Notes: generated by a model from the sequence alone, not told the origin. A DNA stretch of 64,000 nucleotides from Abditibacterium sp. (GCA_965199495.1 CBDASK010000003.1:4064001-4128000); one strand, 5' to 3'; shown: positions 1-10,104, numbered from the stretch's first letter. Program-made: numbers and translations.

Positions 1-1
1 C

Positions 2-154
2 GCGGCAAAGACGCATCCGAATTTATGCGAATTGCAATTGGACGTGCCACTGCGCGCCGATGTCAAAGCGAATCTGGCGGGTAATCGCGCGGCAAATCCC
101 ATCGCGCGCGAAGCGGGCGTCGAGTTGATTAAAAGCGTTTACCGCACGGCATAA
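2..154 (+). CDS. 3' end of a gene truncated by the window edge; product unknown
   Basis: Frame 2 is open from the window start (AAKTHPNLCELQ...NPIAREAGVELIKSVYRTA) to TAA at 152-154. Confidence 0.5.
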   Translation, partial: AAKTHPNLCELQLDVPLRADVKANLAGNRAANPIAREAGVELIKSVYRTA

Positions 155-165
155 TTTTCTTTTTT

Positions 166-259
166 GTAGAGACACCGAATTATCGTGTCTAAAACGTATC
201 GCCTTTCCGAACCTTATGGCGACTCTAATATTTTGGACACGATAAATCGGTGTCTCTAC
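166..259. repeat. GTAG-type REP doublet (REPIN-like), copy 1
   Basis: GTAGAGACACCGAATTATCGTGTCT ... GGACACGATAAATCGGTGTCTCTAC in inverted orientation; 94 bp. Confidence 0.85.
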
Positions 260-289
260 GGAAGAACTCGCATCACGAAAGAGAGTCGA

Positions 290-318
290 GAACTTTTTGT
301 GCCCGTCGCCCCATCCAA
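290..318 (+). promoter_or_regulatory. Putative ECF-sigma autoregulatory promoter GAACTT-N16-CATCCAA
   Basis: Identical boxes and spacing upstream of the paralogous sigma gene at 62959-62987. Confidence 0.65.
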
Positions 319-333
319 CTTTAAGAATTGCCC

Positions 334-930
334 ATGAACCTTACAAGTTGGCCCCTAATCCTAAACGCGATGTTGCGGCGTGGCGAATCTGCCGAAACCG
401 CGCTTTTGCGCCGCGCCCGCGACGGCGAACGTGAAGCGATTTCGATTCTCGTCAATCGTCACCGCACGCGCCTGACGAACTTGGCGTTTCAAATCCTGCG
501 CGACCGCGAAAGCGCCGAAGATGCCGCGCAGGAAATTTTGTTGCGCACGCTCGACAAATTGCCGACTTTTCGCGGCGAATCCGAGTTTTCCAGTTGGCTC
601 TACCGCCTGACGCTCAATTTTTGTCTGGAAAAGCGCCGCTTGGATCAACGTCGCGCCGAGATTTTGGCCGAACATTTGGGCGAACCACTCATGGAAATCG
701 CGTCGCACGAGCGGCAACTCGAAACGCGCGAACTCGTCGAACGCGCGCTCGATGCGTTGTCCGAAGCCCAACGCGTCGCCTTGCTTTTGCGCGAATGGCA
801 GGGCTTTTCTTACGAAGAAATCGCCGAAATTCTGCAACTGCCGATTGGAACCGTGCGCTCGCGCTTGAGTAAAGCGCGGCGGCAATTCCAAATCGCTTAC
901 CAAGCGCAGCAAAGCGAGGTGACGATATGA
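334..930 (+). CDS. ECF RNA polymerase sigma-70 factor
   Basis: Region 2 (AEDAAQE...FRGESEFSSWLYRL) and region 4 (LREWQGFSYEEIAEILQLPIGTVRSRLSKAR). ATG at 334; alternative TTG at 328. Confidence 0.93.
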   Translation: MNLTSWPLILNAMLRRGESAETALLRRARDGEREAISILVNRHRTRLTNLAFQILRDRESAEDAAQEILLRTLDKLPTFRGESEFSSWLYRLTLNFCLEKRRLDQRRAEILAEHLGEPLMEIASHERQLETRELVERALDALSEAQRVALLLREWQGFSYEEIAEILQLPIGTVRSRLSKARRQFQIAYQAQQSEVTI

Positions 931-1388
931 TTTGGCTGTTTCAATTGCAAACCGAGGCTGAAAACGAGTGGCCCGACGAATTGCGCGCCGCCGTGGCTGC
1001 TTATCCGCGCGTGCCCAATTCGCCGCAATTCGAGGCGAATTTCTGGCATCGTCTCGACGCGCGCCGCAGCCACGCCGCCACGTTTCGTGGGAAATGCGAA
1101 CATTTCGCGCAAGTGCAAATCGGCGGATTATGCGTGTGGCGCTTATTGGGTTCCACGATGGCGGGCGCGGCGCTGCCCGCGTTGGGTTTATGTCTGGGAT
1201 TGATATTGTCTGCGCCGACTTCGCGCGCGCCGATTGCATTCGATGTTCCGGCATTTAGTGCGCTGGCGTGGCGCCAGTTAGAGCAACAACAAAGTTGGAA
1301 AACGCCGTGGAAACAGCAAACATTGGCGCTGTGGCTCGATGGCGGAAATGGATTTTCTGGAGGTGCGAAATGCCCAAACGTGGTTTAA
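927..1388 (+). CDS. Putative single-pass anti-sigma factor
   Basis: ATGA overlap with the sigma stop; N-terminal P-S-PQFEANFWHRL segment followed by one hydrophobic helix. Confidence 0.65.
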   Translation: MIWLFQLQTEAENEWPDELRAAVAAYPRVPNSPQFEANFWHRLDARRSHAATFRGKCEHFAQVQIGGLCVWRLLGSTMAGAALPALGLCLGLILSAPTSRAPIAFDVPAFSALAWRQLEQQQSWKTPWKQQTLALWLDGGNGFSGGAKCPNVV

Positions 1389-3457
1389 TCATTTTAGTAT
1401 TAGTGTGGAGCGTGCTGTTGCTTTTTCCCGCCTTCCAAATTCAGACGCGACGGATGTTGAGGACAACCACCGGAAGTAGCGAACCTTATTACTCCGTCAA
1501 GACGGATTGGGCGGAAATCGCGAAGTCGCATCCCGAAAGCGGGCTATTAGCTTTGGCGCAATTGCAATCCAAAATCAGTCCGCAGCAGAAGGGTTACGAG
1601 AGCGAACTCGATGCTTTAATGGCGCGCTTTCCCAATGACTTGGCATTGCGTCGCGCGTTCCTGATTGACTCCGTGCGGCCCGGCACTCTGGTGCGCGTCA
1701 TTCATTCGGTGCCCGATCTCAAAGCCAATCAAACGGCGAGCAAATCACAGAAACCCGCGCCGCAAATTAACGATGCGCGGCGAAGTTTCATTGCGCGCGC
1801 GGCGCGTCTGGGCGATAGACAGGCGCCAAATGATGCGTTTTTCCCGTGGATGGAAGCGATGGCGCTGTGGAATCGCGACGACGAATTGGGCTTGCGCGCG
1901 CTGGAACGCGCGGCTAAAAAAGCCAATTGGAATGATGGCACTCTGGAAAATCAGCGTGCGCTTTTGCAATTCGCAAACGCGCAAACTCCGCTCGATTGGG
2001 AAGAAAAAATCGCGTTTTCTTACAGCACAATATTCCCACATTACGCGCTGATACGCCAACTCGCGCGCGAAGTGACGTGGAGCGGTTTAGAACATTATAG
2101 GCGCGGTGATAAAGCCGGAGCTTACCGGCGTTGGGACGCGATTTTGAAGGCGAGTAGCGCGTTGCGGCGCGGTCAAAATCGTGGGCCCAATGCGAATTTG
2201 ATCGGTTTGTTGGTGGCCGAGGCGACGGAAAAGCTGGTCTGGGGGACTGTGGCGAGAGAACTCAATCCGCCCCCGAAAACGAGCGGTTCCTTTGATAATG
2301 TCGCTGCTAACACCGCGCGATTGAGCGCTTTTCAAACTCTCGCCAAACGCGACGGTTATGGCGACGTGGCTGCTCTGGTCGCGCGCGAAAACGCGACCTT
2401 TGAGGGGCGCGAATTGAGCCGCCAATTTTCCGACAAATACGATTTTCTGGGCATATATTCGCCCGCACAAATCACGGGCGCCCAGTTATTCTGGGTCGGA
2501 GGTCGCGCTTTTTATCTGGGCGTCGTCGGCGCTTTGGGATTGTTAGTCTGTTTAATTTGGCGCGTGCGCATGGGCGGCGCGCGTTGGTTTAGAGCATCGA
2601 GTTCGCAAATCGCGTTTTTCGGCGCGCTATGGTTGGGCGCTTTGGCGCTCGCCATGTGGGGCCGCGTCCAATCACAATTGCAACTGACCAACGGGCTGAC
2701 CGACAGCGCGACAGTTGTATCCGCACCGTCGTTGCTCCATGATTTTTTCGATAACTCATGGGGGCCGTGGCTCGCTATTTTTGCGACATTCGTGTTGTCA
2801 ATCGCTTTTTTTTACTGGCAAGCGTGGCGCGAGACGAGCCGACTGCAAAAGCAAGTTCTGCCGCCCGACCGAGCAGCCACGGCGGGCGCGTGGTTGCCAA
2901 AATTGAACGCCATCGCATGGATTTCAGTCGCGCTAAACACGCTGGTTATGCTCCTCGCTTCGGGGAGTGAAGCCAGCCGAACTCTCGCTCTAATGCTTTG
3001 GACGGTATGCGCAGTTGCGGCGTTGGGCCTGAATCTCTGGCGCATCGAGCGCGGCGAAAATCCCGCTAAACCGCGCGCGCGATTGGCGCTGATTGGCGTG
3101 GCGTGCGGTTTATTAAGTTTGGGTTTGACCGCGCAATTGGGCGCGCGCAACACTGAAAATATGGGTTACGCCGCAATGGCCAGTTTTTCAGTTACATTCG
3201 CGATTCTGATTTATTGGGCGGCGAATTGGCGCGGCTGGCGCCCGATGTTACCGCGCTCAATCGCCGTCGCACTCCAAACCTTGGGCGGCGTGGCTGTTGT
3301 TTGCTCAGTGATATTTTTAATCGTCTCATTGGCCGCATTACCAATTCGCGCGCGACAAAATCGCATCGTGGACGATTACATCGCGCGCGGCGAAATTGAC
3401 TGGATGCGCAATCAATCCAAATTTCGGAAGGCGAGCGCGGCGGTTGATGAACGATAA
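1370..3457 (+). CDS. Large membrane protein (N-terminal anchor, helical extracytoplasmic domain, multi-TM C-terminal region)
   Basis: Start MPKRGLIILVLVW overlaps the upstream gene; several hydrophobic helices in the C-terminal half. Confidence 0.8.
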   Translation: MPKRGLIILVLVWSVLLLFPAFQIQTRRMLRTTTGSSEPYYSVKTDWAEIAKSHPESGLLALAQLQSKISPQQKGYESELDALMARFPNDLALRRAFLIDSVRPGTLVRVIHSVPDLKANQTASKSQKPAPQINDARRSFIARAARLGDRQAPNDAFFPWMEAMALWNRDDELGLRALERAAKKANWNDGTLENQRALLQFANAQTPLDWEEKIAFSYSTIFPHYALIRQLAREVTWSGLEHYRRGDKAGAYRRWDAILKASSALRRGQNRGPNANLIGLLVAEATEKLVWGTVARELNPPPKTSGSFDNVAANTARLSAFQTLAKRDGYGDVAALVARENATFEGRELSRQFSDKYDFLGIYSPAQITGAQLFWVGGRAFYLGVVGALGLLVCLIWRVRMGGARWFRASSSQIAFFGALWLGALALAMWGRVQSQLQLTNGLTDSATVVSAPSLLHDFFDNSWGPWLAIFATFVLSIAFFYWQAWRETSRLQKQVLPPDRAATAGAWLPKLNAIAWISVALNTLVMLLASGSEASRTLALMLWTVCAVAALGLNLWRIERGENPAKPRARLALIGVACGLLSLGLTAQLGARNTENMGYAAMASFSVTFAILIYWAANWRGWRPMLPRSIAVALQTLGGVAVVCSVIFLIVSLAALPIRARQNRIVDDYIARGEIDWMRNQSKFRKASAAVDER

Positions 3458-3461
3458 ATTT

Positions 3462-6023
3462 TTATTGGCTTGCCATCGCCAACGTTTTGGCAATCGCTTG
3501 ACCTCCGTCGTTTCCGACCCATTTGATAAGACCGTCGCGCCCGACGAGGACGTAACGCGCGCCGCGATACAATTGGTGCGATTGGCCCGTAATCCAATCG
3601 GGCCCGTTTTGTTTGGGCAACGGCGCGTCAATGGCGACGGGATAAATTGTGCCCATGTCTCGTGCGCGGTCAACCAAATACTGCTCGCGATTGGCGATCT
3701 CGTTCGCGTCCCAGAACAGGCGCAGCTGTTCAACGCTCACGACTTGCACGCCACGCCCGCTCATCGAGCGCGCAAAATCGTTCAGCGCGCTCGAATGTCC
3801 GTTTAGCCACACGAAATAAAGCAGCGTGACTTTGCCCTGAAACGTTGGCGCTTTGCCGACGAGCCAACGCTGTGCGCGCAGTAGCGGCGCGAGCGTCCCG
3901 ACGAGAGCCGATTGGCTTTTGAGTAAAGTCTTCCCCTGCGCCATGTTACGCCGGTTTTTCGCGGCGTTCGAGCGGTGAAGGCGCGCATCCGTCAATTGAA
4001 ACCGCACGTTGCTGCGTCCGGCGCGCGTCCAAAAGCCATCCCAATATTTGCCTTTTTCGGGCGGGATGACCGAGATTTGCAGTTTCTCGTCGGGCACGTT
4101 GGGCAAATAAAAGCTTCCGTCCGCGCGCGTTTTAGTTTCTTGGCTATCGTCGCCCGGATTAATTGTGCCCGCCAAGAGCATAAACCCGGCGCCTACCGCT
4201 TGGCCATTGGCGCGCGTGATGCGGCCACGCAAAGTTTGATTGAGTGGTTTTAGCGAAACGGGCGCGCGTTTGGTTTCGCCCTGTTGTAGCACGAAAGTGC
4301 GCACGCTTTCCCGTCCGTAACCGTTTTTGCTGACGGTGAAATAGTGCGGCTGAAACGGGCGCAACTTGTCGAAGTGAAAGCGACCTTGTACATCCGTCAT
4401 CATCGTTTTGACCTGACGAGGATAATCTATCTGACCCGTGGCGCTATACCAAACTTTGGCGCCCGCAATTGGCTGGCCCGTCGCGCGATCCGTAATTTGA
4501 CCTTCGACCTGCGCATAAACTTTGGGTTCTATTTTGAGCGTGACATCGTCGCCCTCAAACGCATAAGTGCCGCGCGCCGTCGTCAACTCGCCTTTGCGGG
4601 CGAACAGATTTGCGCTATGTTCGTAGAGATGAAAGCGCCCATTGGCATCGGTGACGAGCGGCCCATTCCAGCCCTTTTCGCCAAACTCCAACGCTTGTGC
4701 GCCGACCTCGGCGCCAGCGACCGGTTTGCCGTCCGGCCCAATAACAATTCCGTTAATTGCTTTCGTCGCCACCGGTTCGGCTTTAGCGACGGCTTTGGTT
4801 TTGGGCAACTCGAACTGAATTTCGCGTTTGTCTCCGTCTTTGAGATTGAATTTATATTCCGATTTTGCGGGCAATCGGAAACCGGGCAATTTCAAATTCG
4901 AGCCAACGCTATGAAGCCGAATGGCGATTGGCCCCGGCGCCACGCGAAATTGAAATTTTCCGCGCGCATCGGTTTTGACGAGGCGCCCATAGCTATCTTG
5001 GTCGGCGGTCAAAACTTCGACGTTTGGAATCGGCTTTTTGCTGGTTTTTGAAACCACGATTCCGTTAATCGTAGCGCCGCGCATCAATTGGAAATCGTAA
5101 CTATTGGTGCCTGCACCAATAGTTACGCGTGATGTCGGTGGCGCGGCCCAATCTTTGGCGAGCTTGTCATCGAGACTCACCGCGATTTTGTATTGGCCCG
5201 GTTTTAAACCTTCAATCGAGTAACTTTTGTTGGCGTCCGTCGAACTGTTGACCGAGTGGGCGAAATTGAGCGAAGTTGCGGGCGAAACAAAGACCGTAGG
5301 GGTTGCTCTTTGGCCATTGGGAAACGAAACTTTGCCCGTCAATCGCCCCTTTTTCCCAATGCTCGCGGGTTTTATTGAAGTCTCAATTTCGATCTCGCGC
5401 TTCGCATTGATTTTAACCGGCAGAAAAACGAGGTTAGCCGCATCGATTTTCACATCTTTGTCCGAATCGCGATAATTTGGCGGAGTAACCGTTAGTTTCG
5501 CGGCTGTGGCTGTGCTGTTCCAATGAAAGCCCAGTTCCGCACTTTCGCTATAGTTTTTGATTTCCGTATTGACGAACGAAAACTTACTTTTGAAAAGATC
5601 GGGCGGCGCGATTTTGTTATCCCGTTGAAGCCACAACATCGCCTGACCCGCGTTCGCTCGCAAAAGAAATTTGCCCTGCGCATTCGTTTTGGTCTGGGTG
5701 AACTTGCCCTTACTATCGCGCAGTTGAACGATCTGTCCAGCGAGCGGAACCGTTGAGCCTCGGTAAAACACGACGCCGTGAATCAAGCCGACGGTTGATT
5801 TTACGGTTTCCGCTTCATTTTGCGCCCGCGCCGTCAGCCGCAACGGCACGACCGCCGCGAACGAAACGAGCAACGCCGCGCCCAGCAGCCACGCCGCCCG
5901 GCGCCGTGGCTGCATCGGGGCGCGGCCCAAGCGTTTGAGTCGCGTTGATAACGTGAAATAATCATCCGAAACGCCCAGCGTGAGCGGGTAGGAATCGTTG
6001 AAGTTAAATTTGGGGAATTTCAT
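3462..6023 (-). CDS. Membrane-anchored carboxypeptidase-regulatory-like (beta-sandwich) repeat protein with C-terminal Cys-less thioredoxin-like domain; protease-less paralog of the BlaR1-type gene
   Basis: Repeated G.V....G.P..GA.V / TDA.G.F motifs; N-terminus matches the post-M56 segment of 6145-9699. Confidence 0.82.
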   Translation of the reverse strand: MKFPKFNFNDSYPLTLGVSDDYFTLSTRLKRLGRAPMQPRRRAAWLLGAALLVSFAAVVPLRLTARAQNEAETVKSTVGLIHGVVFYRGSTVPLAGQIVQLRDSKGKFTQTKTNAQGKFLLRANAGQAMLWLQRDNKIAPPDLFKSKFSFVNTEIKNYSESAELGFHWNSTATAAKLTVTPPNYRDSDKDVKIDAANLVFLPVKINAKREIEIETSIKPASIGKKGRLTGKVSFPNGQRATPTVFVSPATSLNFAHSVNSSTDANKSYSIEGLKPGQYKIAVSLDDKLAKDWAAPPTSRVTIGAGTNSYDFQLMRGATINGIVVSKTSKKPIPNVEVLTADQDSYGRLVKTDARGKFQFRVAPGPIAIRLHSVGSNLKLPGFRLPAKSEYKFNLKDGDKREIQFELPKTKAVAKAEPVATKAINGIVIGPDGKPVAGAEVGAQALEFGEKGWNGPLVTDANGRFHLYEHSANLFARKGELTTARGTYAFEGDDVTLKIEPKVYAQVEGQITDRATGQPIAGAKVWYSATGQIDYPRQVKTMMTDVQGRFHFDKLRPFQPHYFTVSKNGYGRESVRTFVLQQGETKRAPVSLKPLNQTLRGRITRANGQAVGAGFMLLAGTINPGDDSQETKTRADGSFYLPNVPDEKLQISVIPPEKGKYWDGFWTRAGRSNVRFQLTDARLHRSNAAKNRRNMAQGKTLLKSQSALVGTLAPLLRAQRWLVGKAPTFQGKVTLLYFVWLNGHSSALNDFARSMSGRGVQVVSVEQLRLFWDANEIANREQYLVDRARDMGTIYPVAIDAPLPKQNGPDWITGQSHQLYRGARYVLVGRDGLIKWVGNDGGQAIAKTLAMASQ

Positions 6024-6042
6024 AGTCAATTTGGGTTTGACC

Positions 6043-6137
6043 GTAGAGACGCCGATTTATCGCGTCTAAAACGTCTCGCTTGCCGTAATATCGAAGCGAA
6101 TCATTACGTTTTAGATGCGATAAATCGGTGTCTCTAC
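6043..6137. repeat. GTAG-type REP doublet, copy 2
   Basis: GTAGAGACGCCGATTTATCGCGTCT ... AGATGCGATAAATCGGTGTCTCTAC; 95 bp. Confidence 0.85.
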
Positions 6138-6144
6138 GGCATGT

Positions 6145-9100
6145 TTAATTGGACGAAGCCGTCGCCAGTTCAATCGCGCGGTTTAACTTGTCGCCCGCGT
6201 AAAGCACGCGCCCATCGCGCCCGATAACGGCGTATTCGGATTGACCGTAGCTTTGGAATGTCTGCCAGCCCAACGCGTTTTTGTCTGGCACAACCGCATC
6301 GACGGCGACGGGAAACCCCAGTCTGCGCGCGGCTTCGTCGGCGCTGATGTCGAATATCGGAGAAGTGACGCCCTTCACTTGAATTTGCACGCCGACGAAA
6401 TGAAATCGCTCGCCAAACGAGCGCGCCACATCGCGGATTTCGTTGTCGTTGCCGCCAAACGCGCCGAACATCAAAAATACCGGTTTATCGCGCAATTGGT
6501 TCAGCGATAACGCGCGACCATTCGACCACTGCACCGCGTGTAGCGGTGGTGCTGTTTTGCCGACGAGCGTTTCGGGTTTGACCGAACTTCTCAGCATCCG
6601 ATCGATGCGCGGGTAACTCGGATTGCGCGGCACTTTGGCCAGCCGAATCACCACGTTTTGATCGCCGCCCATCGCTTTCACCGGCTGCCATTGGTTGAGG
6701 CCCGGCTGTTGCGGGCCATAAACCGCGACCGAAATTGGCCCCGCCAAAACCTGCGGAATCGCAAATCGCCCATTTTTATCGGTGCCCACCGCGTTATCAC
6801 TGCCCGAAGCCGCGACCGAATAACCGCGCGCCGGTTGGTCGTCGGTGCCGTAAATCACGCCTTTCAAGGTTTTGGGCGCGCGTCGCAACGTCAATTCCAA
6901 ACGCCGCGTTTGGCCGGGTTGAAGCGGCGCCATATCAGTCACCCTGTCCGGTGAGTAACCGCTTTTCTTGGCTTCGACCCAGACGCTGGTGCCGGCCCGC
7001 AAGCGCGCGTAGCGAAACGCGCCGTTTTTATCGGTTTTGGTTCGGTCGCCGCTCAAGCCTGTTCTGCCGTAGAAGTGCGTCATGTTCACCGATATTCCGG
7101 CGAGCGGACGCTTGTTTTCGTCAAGCACGCGGCCTTCGACAATGGCCCACGCGTTGGGCGCCAACTGCAACTTGATCGAAGTGCCGGGCGCCGCAAAAGT
7201 CGAGTAGGGCGTCGTCATTTCGGCTTTGTCGGCGAAAAGTTGCACCAGTTTGTCGGAAACCTCGGCGGGCAAAGCGAAGCGTCCCTGCGCATTAGGTTGC
7301 ACTATTCTGTCAGAAACTTCAGCGGGCAAAGCGAAGCGTCCCTGCGCATCAGTTGGCACCGATTTGTTCAAATGAGAACCCATCTCGGCGGTATTTCGAT
7401 AAACGACTTGGGCGCCCGCGACGGCTTTACCGTCCAGCCCCACAACAACCCCACGAATCGGCGCGACCTGCGGTTTGGTGGGCACCGCGATTACAAACTC
7501 GCGTTTCTCGCCGACCTTTAAATTGAAGTCGAACTGATATTTGGCCGAGTCTATATCTTCGAGGGGCGCGCTCATGCCCTGCGCCGGAACCCACAAATGT
7601 TGTGCGCCCGCCAGACTGCGAAAACGAAAGTAGCCGCGCGCATCAGTCGTAGCATAATCGTAACTGCCCTGACTGTTGCGCAGACCAAGCGCCTTACCTC
7701 GAATCGGCTGGCCGGTCTGCTGCGATGTAACGACGCCCTGAATTAAGCCACCACGCGGCATAACCGCGTCCACGCGTTCGAGCGGCGACTGGAGCGTTTG
7801 CTTTTTATAAAACTCGATGCCGTTCGAGTTTTTCGGGCTGGGCGTGAACCAGACTTGATAATTGCTGGGCCGCAGATTCTCGATTTTGTAGTTGCCTTTG
7901 GCATCCACTTCGACGGGTTTGCCGTAACTTTCCCATGCGCTACCCAGTGCGTCTTTCACGCCTTGCGCCTCGGCGGCGCTGACGCGGCGCGTCATTACCG
8001 AAGTGCCGACTGCACTGGTGCCATCGGGCGAAGTGACGTGTCCCACCAAAACAACCGTTCTACGAATTGTAAAGGTGCGTTTGGTCTGTGGCGCCTCTAA
8101 ACTCACCAGCTCGTCAATGCCGATTTGTGACAATTGGCGCGCCTTGATTTGCGGCGCATCGAGTTGAAACTGCGCGACAAAGTTGGCTGGCAATGCCCGA
8201 AAGCTCACTTCGCCGTTCAAATTGGTTGTGCCGCGCATCGCGTTCAAGATTGGTCTGGGAATGTCGGCCCATAAGTTCTGTGATGGCCCTGCGCGGCGCA
8301 GCGAAACTTTCAAACCGTTAATTGGCTTGCCCGCGCCGTCAACAAAGCGCAACTGCGTGCGTGCGGCGGGCGCAACACGAACATTTAGAGGCGAATCCGG
8401 TTCGCGATAAACGTCGTAATGCACCATACCACGCGCGCCCGCATACACCAGGATTTCGGGCCGATTTTTGAGACCTCTCAACGAAAACTGGCCGTTGGCA
8501 TCGGTCGTCGCCGTTTGCAAAGGTGTGGCACCATTTTGCATCGGCTCCATCGCGTAAACCGTCGCACCAATTATTGGTGTGCCAACATAATCGCGCACCG
8601 TTCCGCTCAATACGCGCGTTTGTGTTGCCGATTGCGTTTCATTCTGCGCCCGCGCCGTCAACCGCAACGGCACAACCGCCGCGAACGAAACCAACAGCGC
8701 GCCCGCCAAAATCCAACCGACGCGGCGACGTGGCTGCATCGGCGCGCGGCCCAAGCGTTTGAGGCGCGTTTGGAGCGCGAAGAAACCATCGTTGACGCCC
8801 GCCGTTAAGGGCGAGGGTTGCGAACTTTCGGCGCCAATCAGCAACGCGCCATACAATTTGGGCGCGATTTGCGTCAGTTGCAACGTTAATTCGTCGCACG
8901 CGCTTTCGACTTCGAGCGCGTGATAACGCCGCGAAAACCAACTCAACGGATGAAACCATAACGCGGTTTGCATCGCCCACAGCAACGCATTCCACGTTAA
9001 ATCGCGGCGGCGCAAATGCGCCAATTCGTGCGCGAAAACCGCTTCGAGATGCGATTCGTCCAATGTGTGCGGCACGACAATTGTTGGGCGCGCGATGCCA

Positions 9101-9699
9101 ACCAAAAACGGCGAACCGCTCGCGCTTTGCAGCAATCGCGGCGCGCGGCGAATTTTTAAGCGCGCGGCGATGGGACGCAAAACTGCGTTGTCGAGCGGCC
9201 CACACGCGCGCAGAGCGCGGCGCACGCGCACGATATTGCGCGCCAAAAGCGCGAGTTGAAGCGCGATGCCCAAGAGATAAATGCAGACCGCCACATCGTC
9301 CCACGAATTGATGTCGATCAAATAATGCGGCTTCGCAACCGGCGCGCGTTGAATTGTGGGCGCTTGAATAATCGCAGACGGCGCCATTTCGACGGGCGCA
9401 TTTTCCGTATCGGGCGATGCAGCCACGGCGGGCGCGTTGGCGATTATTGGCGCTTGAATCGCGGGCGCCTCAATGGTTTTCGGCGCGACAATCGGCGCTT
9501 TCGCGGGCAAAATCGCGACGGCGATTGGCGCGAACGGAATCAGCGCCAAAGCCGTTTGAATTAAGGCGACCCGCCAAACCCAAACGCGCCAGCGCGCCGG
9601 AACGCGGTTCGATAAAATCCACTGCAAAAGTAGCGCGATGCCCAGAGCAGCCACGCCGAACAGACTGGCGCGTTGGAGAATTAAAAAGAACTCGTTCAT
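6145..9699 (-). CDS. BlaR1/MecR1-family M56 metallopeptidase sensor with beta-sandwich repeats and C-terminal thioredoxin-like domain
   Basis: HELAHLRRRD zinc motif, LWFHPLSW, ESACDE. Real start MNEFFL at 9699 overlaps the blaI-like stop (ATGA). Confidence 0.9.
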   Translation of the reverse strand: MNEFFLILQRASLFGVAALGIALLLQWILSNRVPARWRVWVWRVALIQTALALIPFAPIAVAILPAKAPIVAPKTIEAPAIQAPIIANAPAVAASPDTENAPVEMAPSAIIQAPTIQRAPVAKPHYLIDINSWDDVAVCIYLLGIALQLALLARNIVRVRRALRACGPLDNAVLRPIAARLKIRRAPRLLQSASGSPFLVGIARPTIVVPHTLDESHLEAVFAHELAHLRRRDLTWNALLWAMQTALWFHPLSWFSRRYHALEVESACDELTLQLTQIAPKLYGALLIGAESSQPSPLTAGVNDGFFALQTRLKRLGRAPMQPRRRVGWILAGALLVSFAAVVPLRLTARAQNETQSATQTRVLSGTVRDYVGTPIIGATVYAMEPMQNGATPLQTATTDANGQFSLRGLKNRPEILVYAGARGMVHYDVYREPDSPLNVRVAPAARTQLRFVDGAGKPINGLKVSLRRAGPSQNLWADIPRPILNAMRGTTNLNGEVSFRALPANFVAQFQLDAPQIKARQLSQIGIDELVSLEAPQTKRTFTIRRTVVLVGHVTSPDGTSAVGTSVMTRRVSAAEAQGVKDALGSAWESYGKPVEVDAKGNYKIENLRPSNYQVWFTPSPKNSNGIEFYKKQTLQSPLERVDAVMPRGGLIQGVVTSQQTGQPIRGKALGLRNSQGSYDYATTDARGYFRFRSLAGAQHLWVPAQGMSAPLEDIDSAKYQFDFNLKVGEKREFVIAVPTKPQVAPIRGVVVGLDGKAVAGAQVVYRNTAEMGSHLNKSVPTDAQGRFALPAEVSDRIVQPNAQGRFALPAEVSDKLVQLFADKAEMTTPYSTFAAPGTSIKLQLAPNAWAIVEGRVLDENKRPLAGISVNMTHFYGRTGLSGDRTKTDKNGAFRYARLRAGTSVWVEAKKSGYSPDRVTDMAPLQPGQTRRLELTLRRAPKTLKGVIYGTDDQPARGYSVAASGSDNAVGTDKNGRFAIPQVLAGPISVAVYGPQQPGLNQWQPVKAMGGDQNVVIRLAKVPRNPSYPRIDRMLRSSVKPETLVGKTAPPLHAVQWSNGRALSLNQLRDKPVFLMFGAFGGNDNEIRDVARSFGERFHFVGVQIQVKGVTSPIFDISADEAARRLGFPVAVDAVVPDKNALGWQTFQSYGQSEYAVIGRDGRVLYAGDKLNRAIELATASSN
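7239..7352. repeat. In-frame 57-bp tandem duplication inside the M56 gene
   Basis: Encodes DAQGRFALPAEVSDRIVQ followed by NAQGRFALPAEVSDKLVQ. Confidence 0.9.
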
Positions 9700-10079
9700 T
9701 GGGCCTCCTTTTCGTCGTCCAAATGTTCGACTAATTCGCGCAACTGCGCTTTTTGTGCGGCGCTCAAATCGGCCTCGCCCAAATACGCCACGAACGGATC
9801 GAGCGAGCCGCCCAGCGTCTTTTCGACGAAGCGCCCGACGACGCCGCGCAACTGCGTTTCGTGCTGTTGCTGCGGCGCATACGCATAAGCGCCGCCGAGT
9901 TTGGCGCGCGACAAATAACCTTTGGCGCGCAATCGTTCGAGCATCGTAGTCACCGTGGTGCGTGCCAAATGATTGTCGGCGCCCCAACCCGCCACGATTT
10001 GCGCGACGCCCGCCGGAGCGTTGGCCGCCACCCAAGCCAACAACGCGCTTTCCTGTTCGCCCAATTTAGAATTGTTCAT
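9696..10079 (-). CDS. BlaI/MecI/CopY-family transcriptional repressor
   Basis: LGEQE...LARTTVTTMLERLRAKGYLSR winged helix; translationally coupled to the M56 gene. Confidence 0.93.
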   Translation of the reverse strand: MNNSKLGEQESALLAWVAANAPAGVAQIVAGWGADNHLARTTVTTMLERLRAKGYLSRAKLGGAYAYAPQQQHETQLRGVVGRFVEKTLGGSLDPFVAYLGEADLSAAQKAQLRELVEHLDDEKEAQ

Positions 10080-10080
10080 A

Positions 10081-10104
10081 ATTTAACGACAATTGTCGTT
10101 AAAT
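10081..10104. promoter_or_regulatory. Perfect 24-bp palindrome, likely operator of the BlaI-like repressor
   Basis: ATTTAACGACAATTGTCGTTAAAT, 1 bp upstream of the repressor ATG. Confidence 0.8.

Noticed and set aside
9700..10035. N-terminal 112-aa extension of the 1296-aa ORF
   Set aside because: Out-of-frame shadow of the blaI-like gene; the real start is ATG 9699 with GGAGG SD and ATGA overlap.
6145..10079. Beta-lactam resistance locus
   Set aside because: No beta-lactamase or PBP gene and no penicillin-binding sensor domain.
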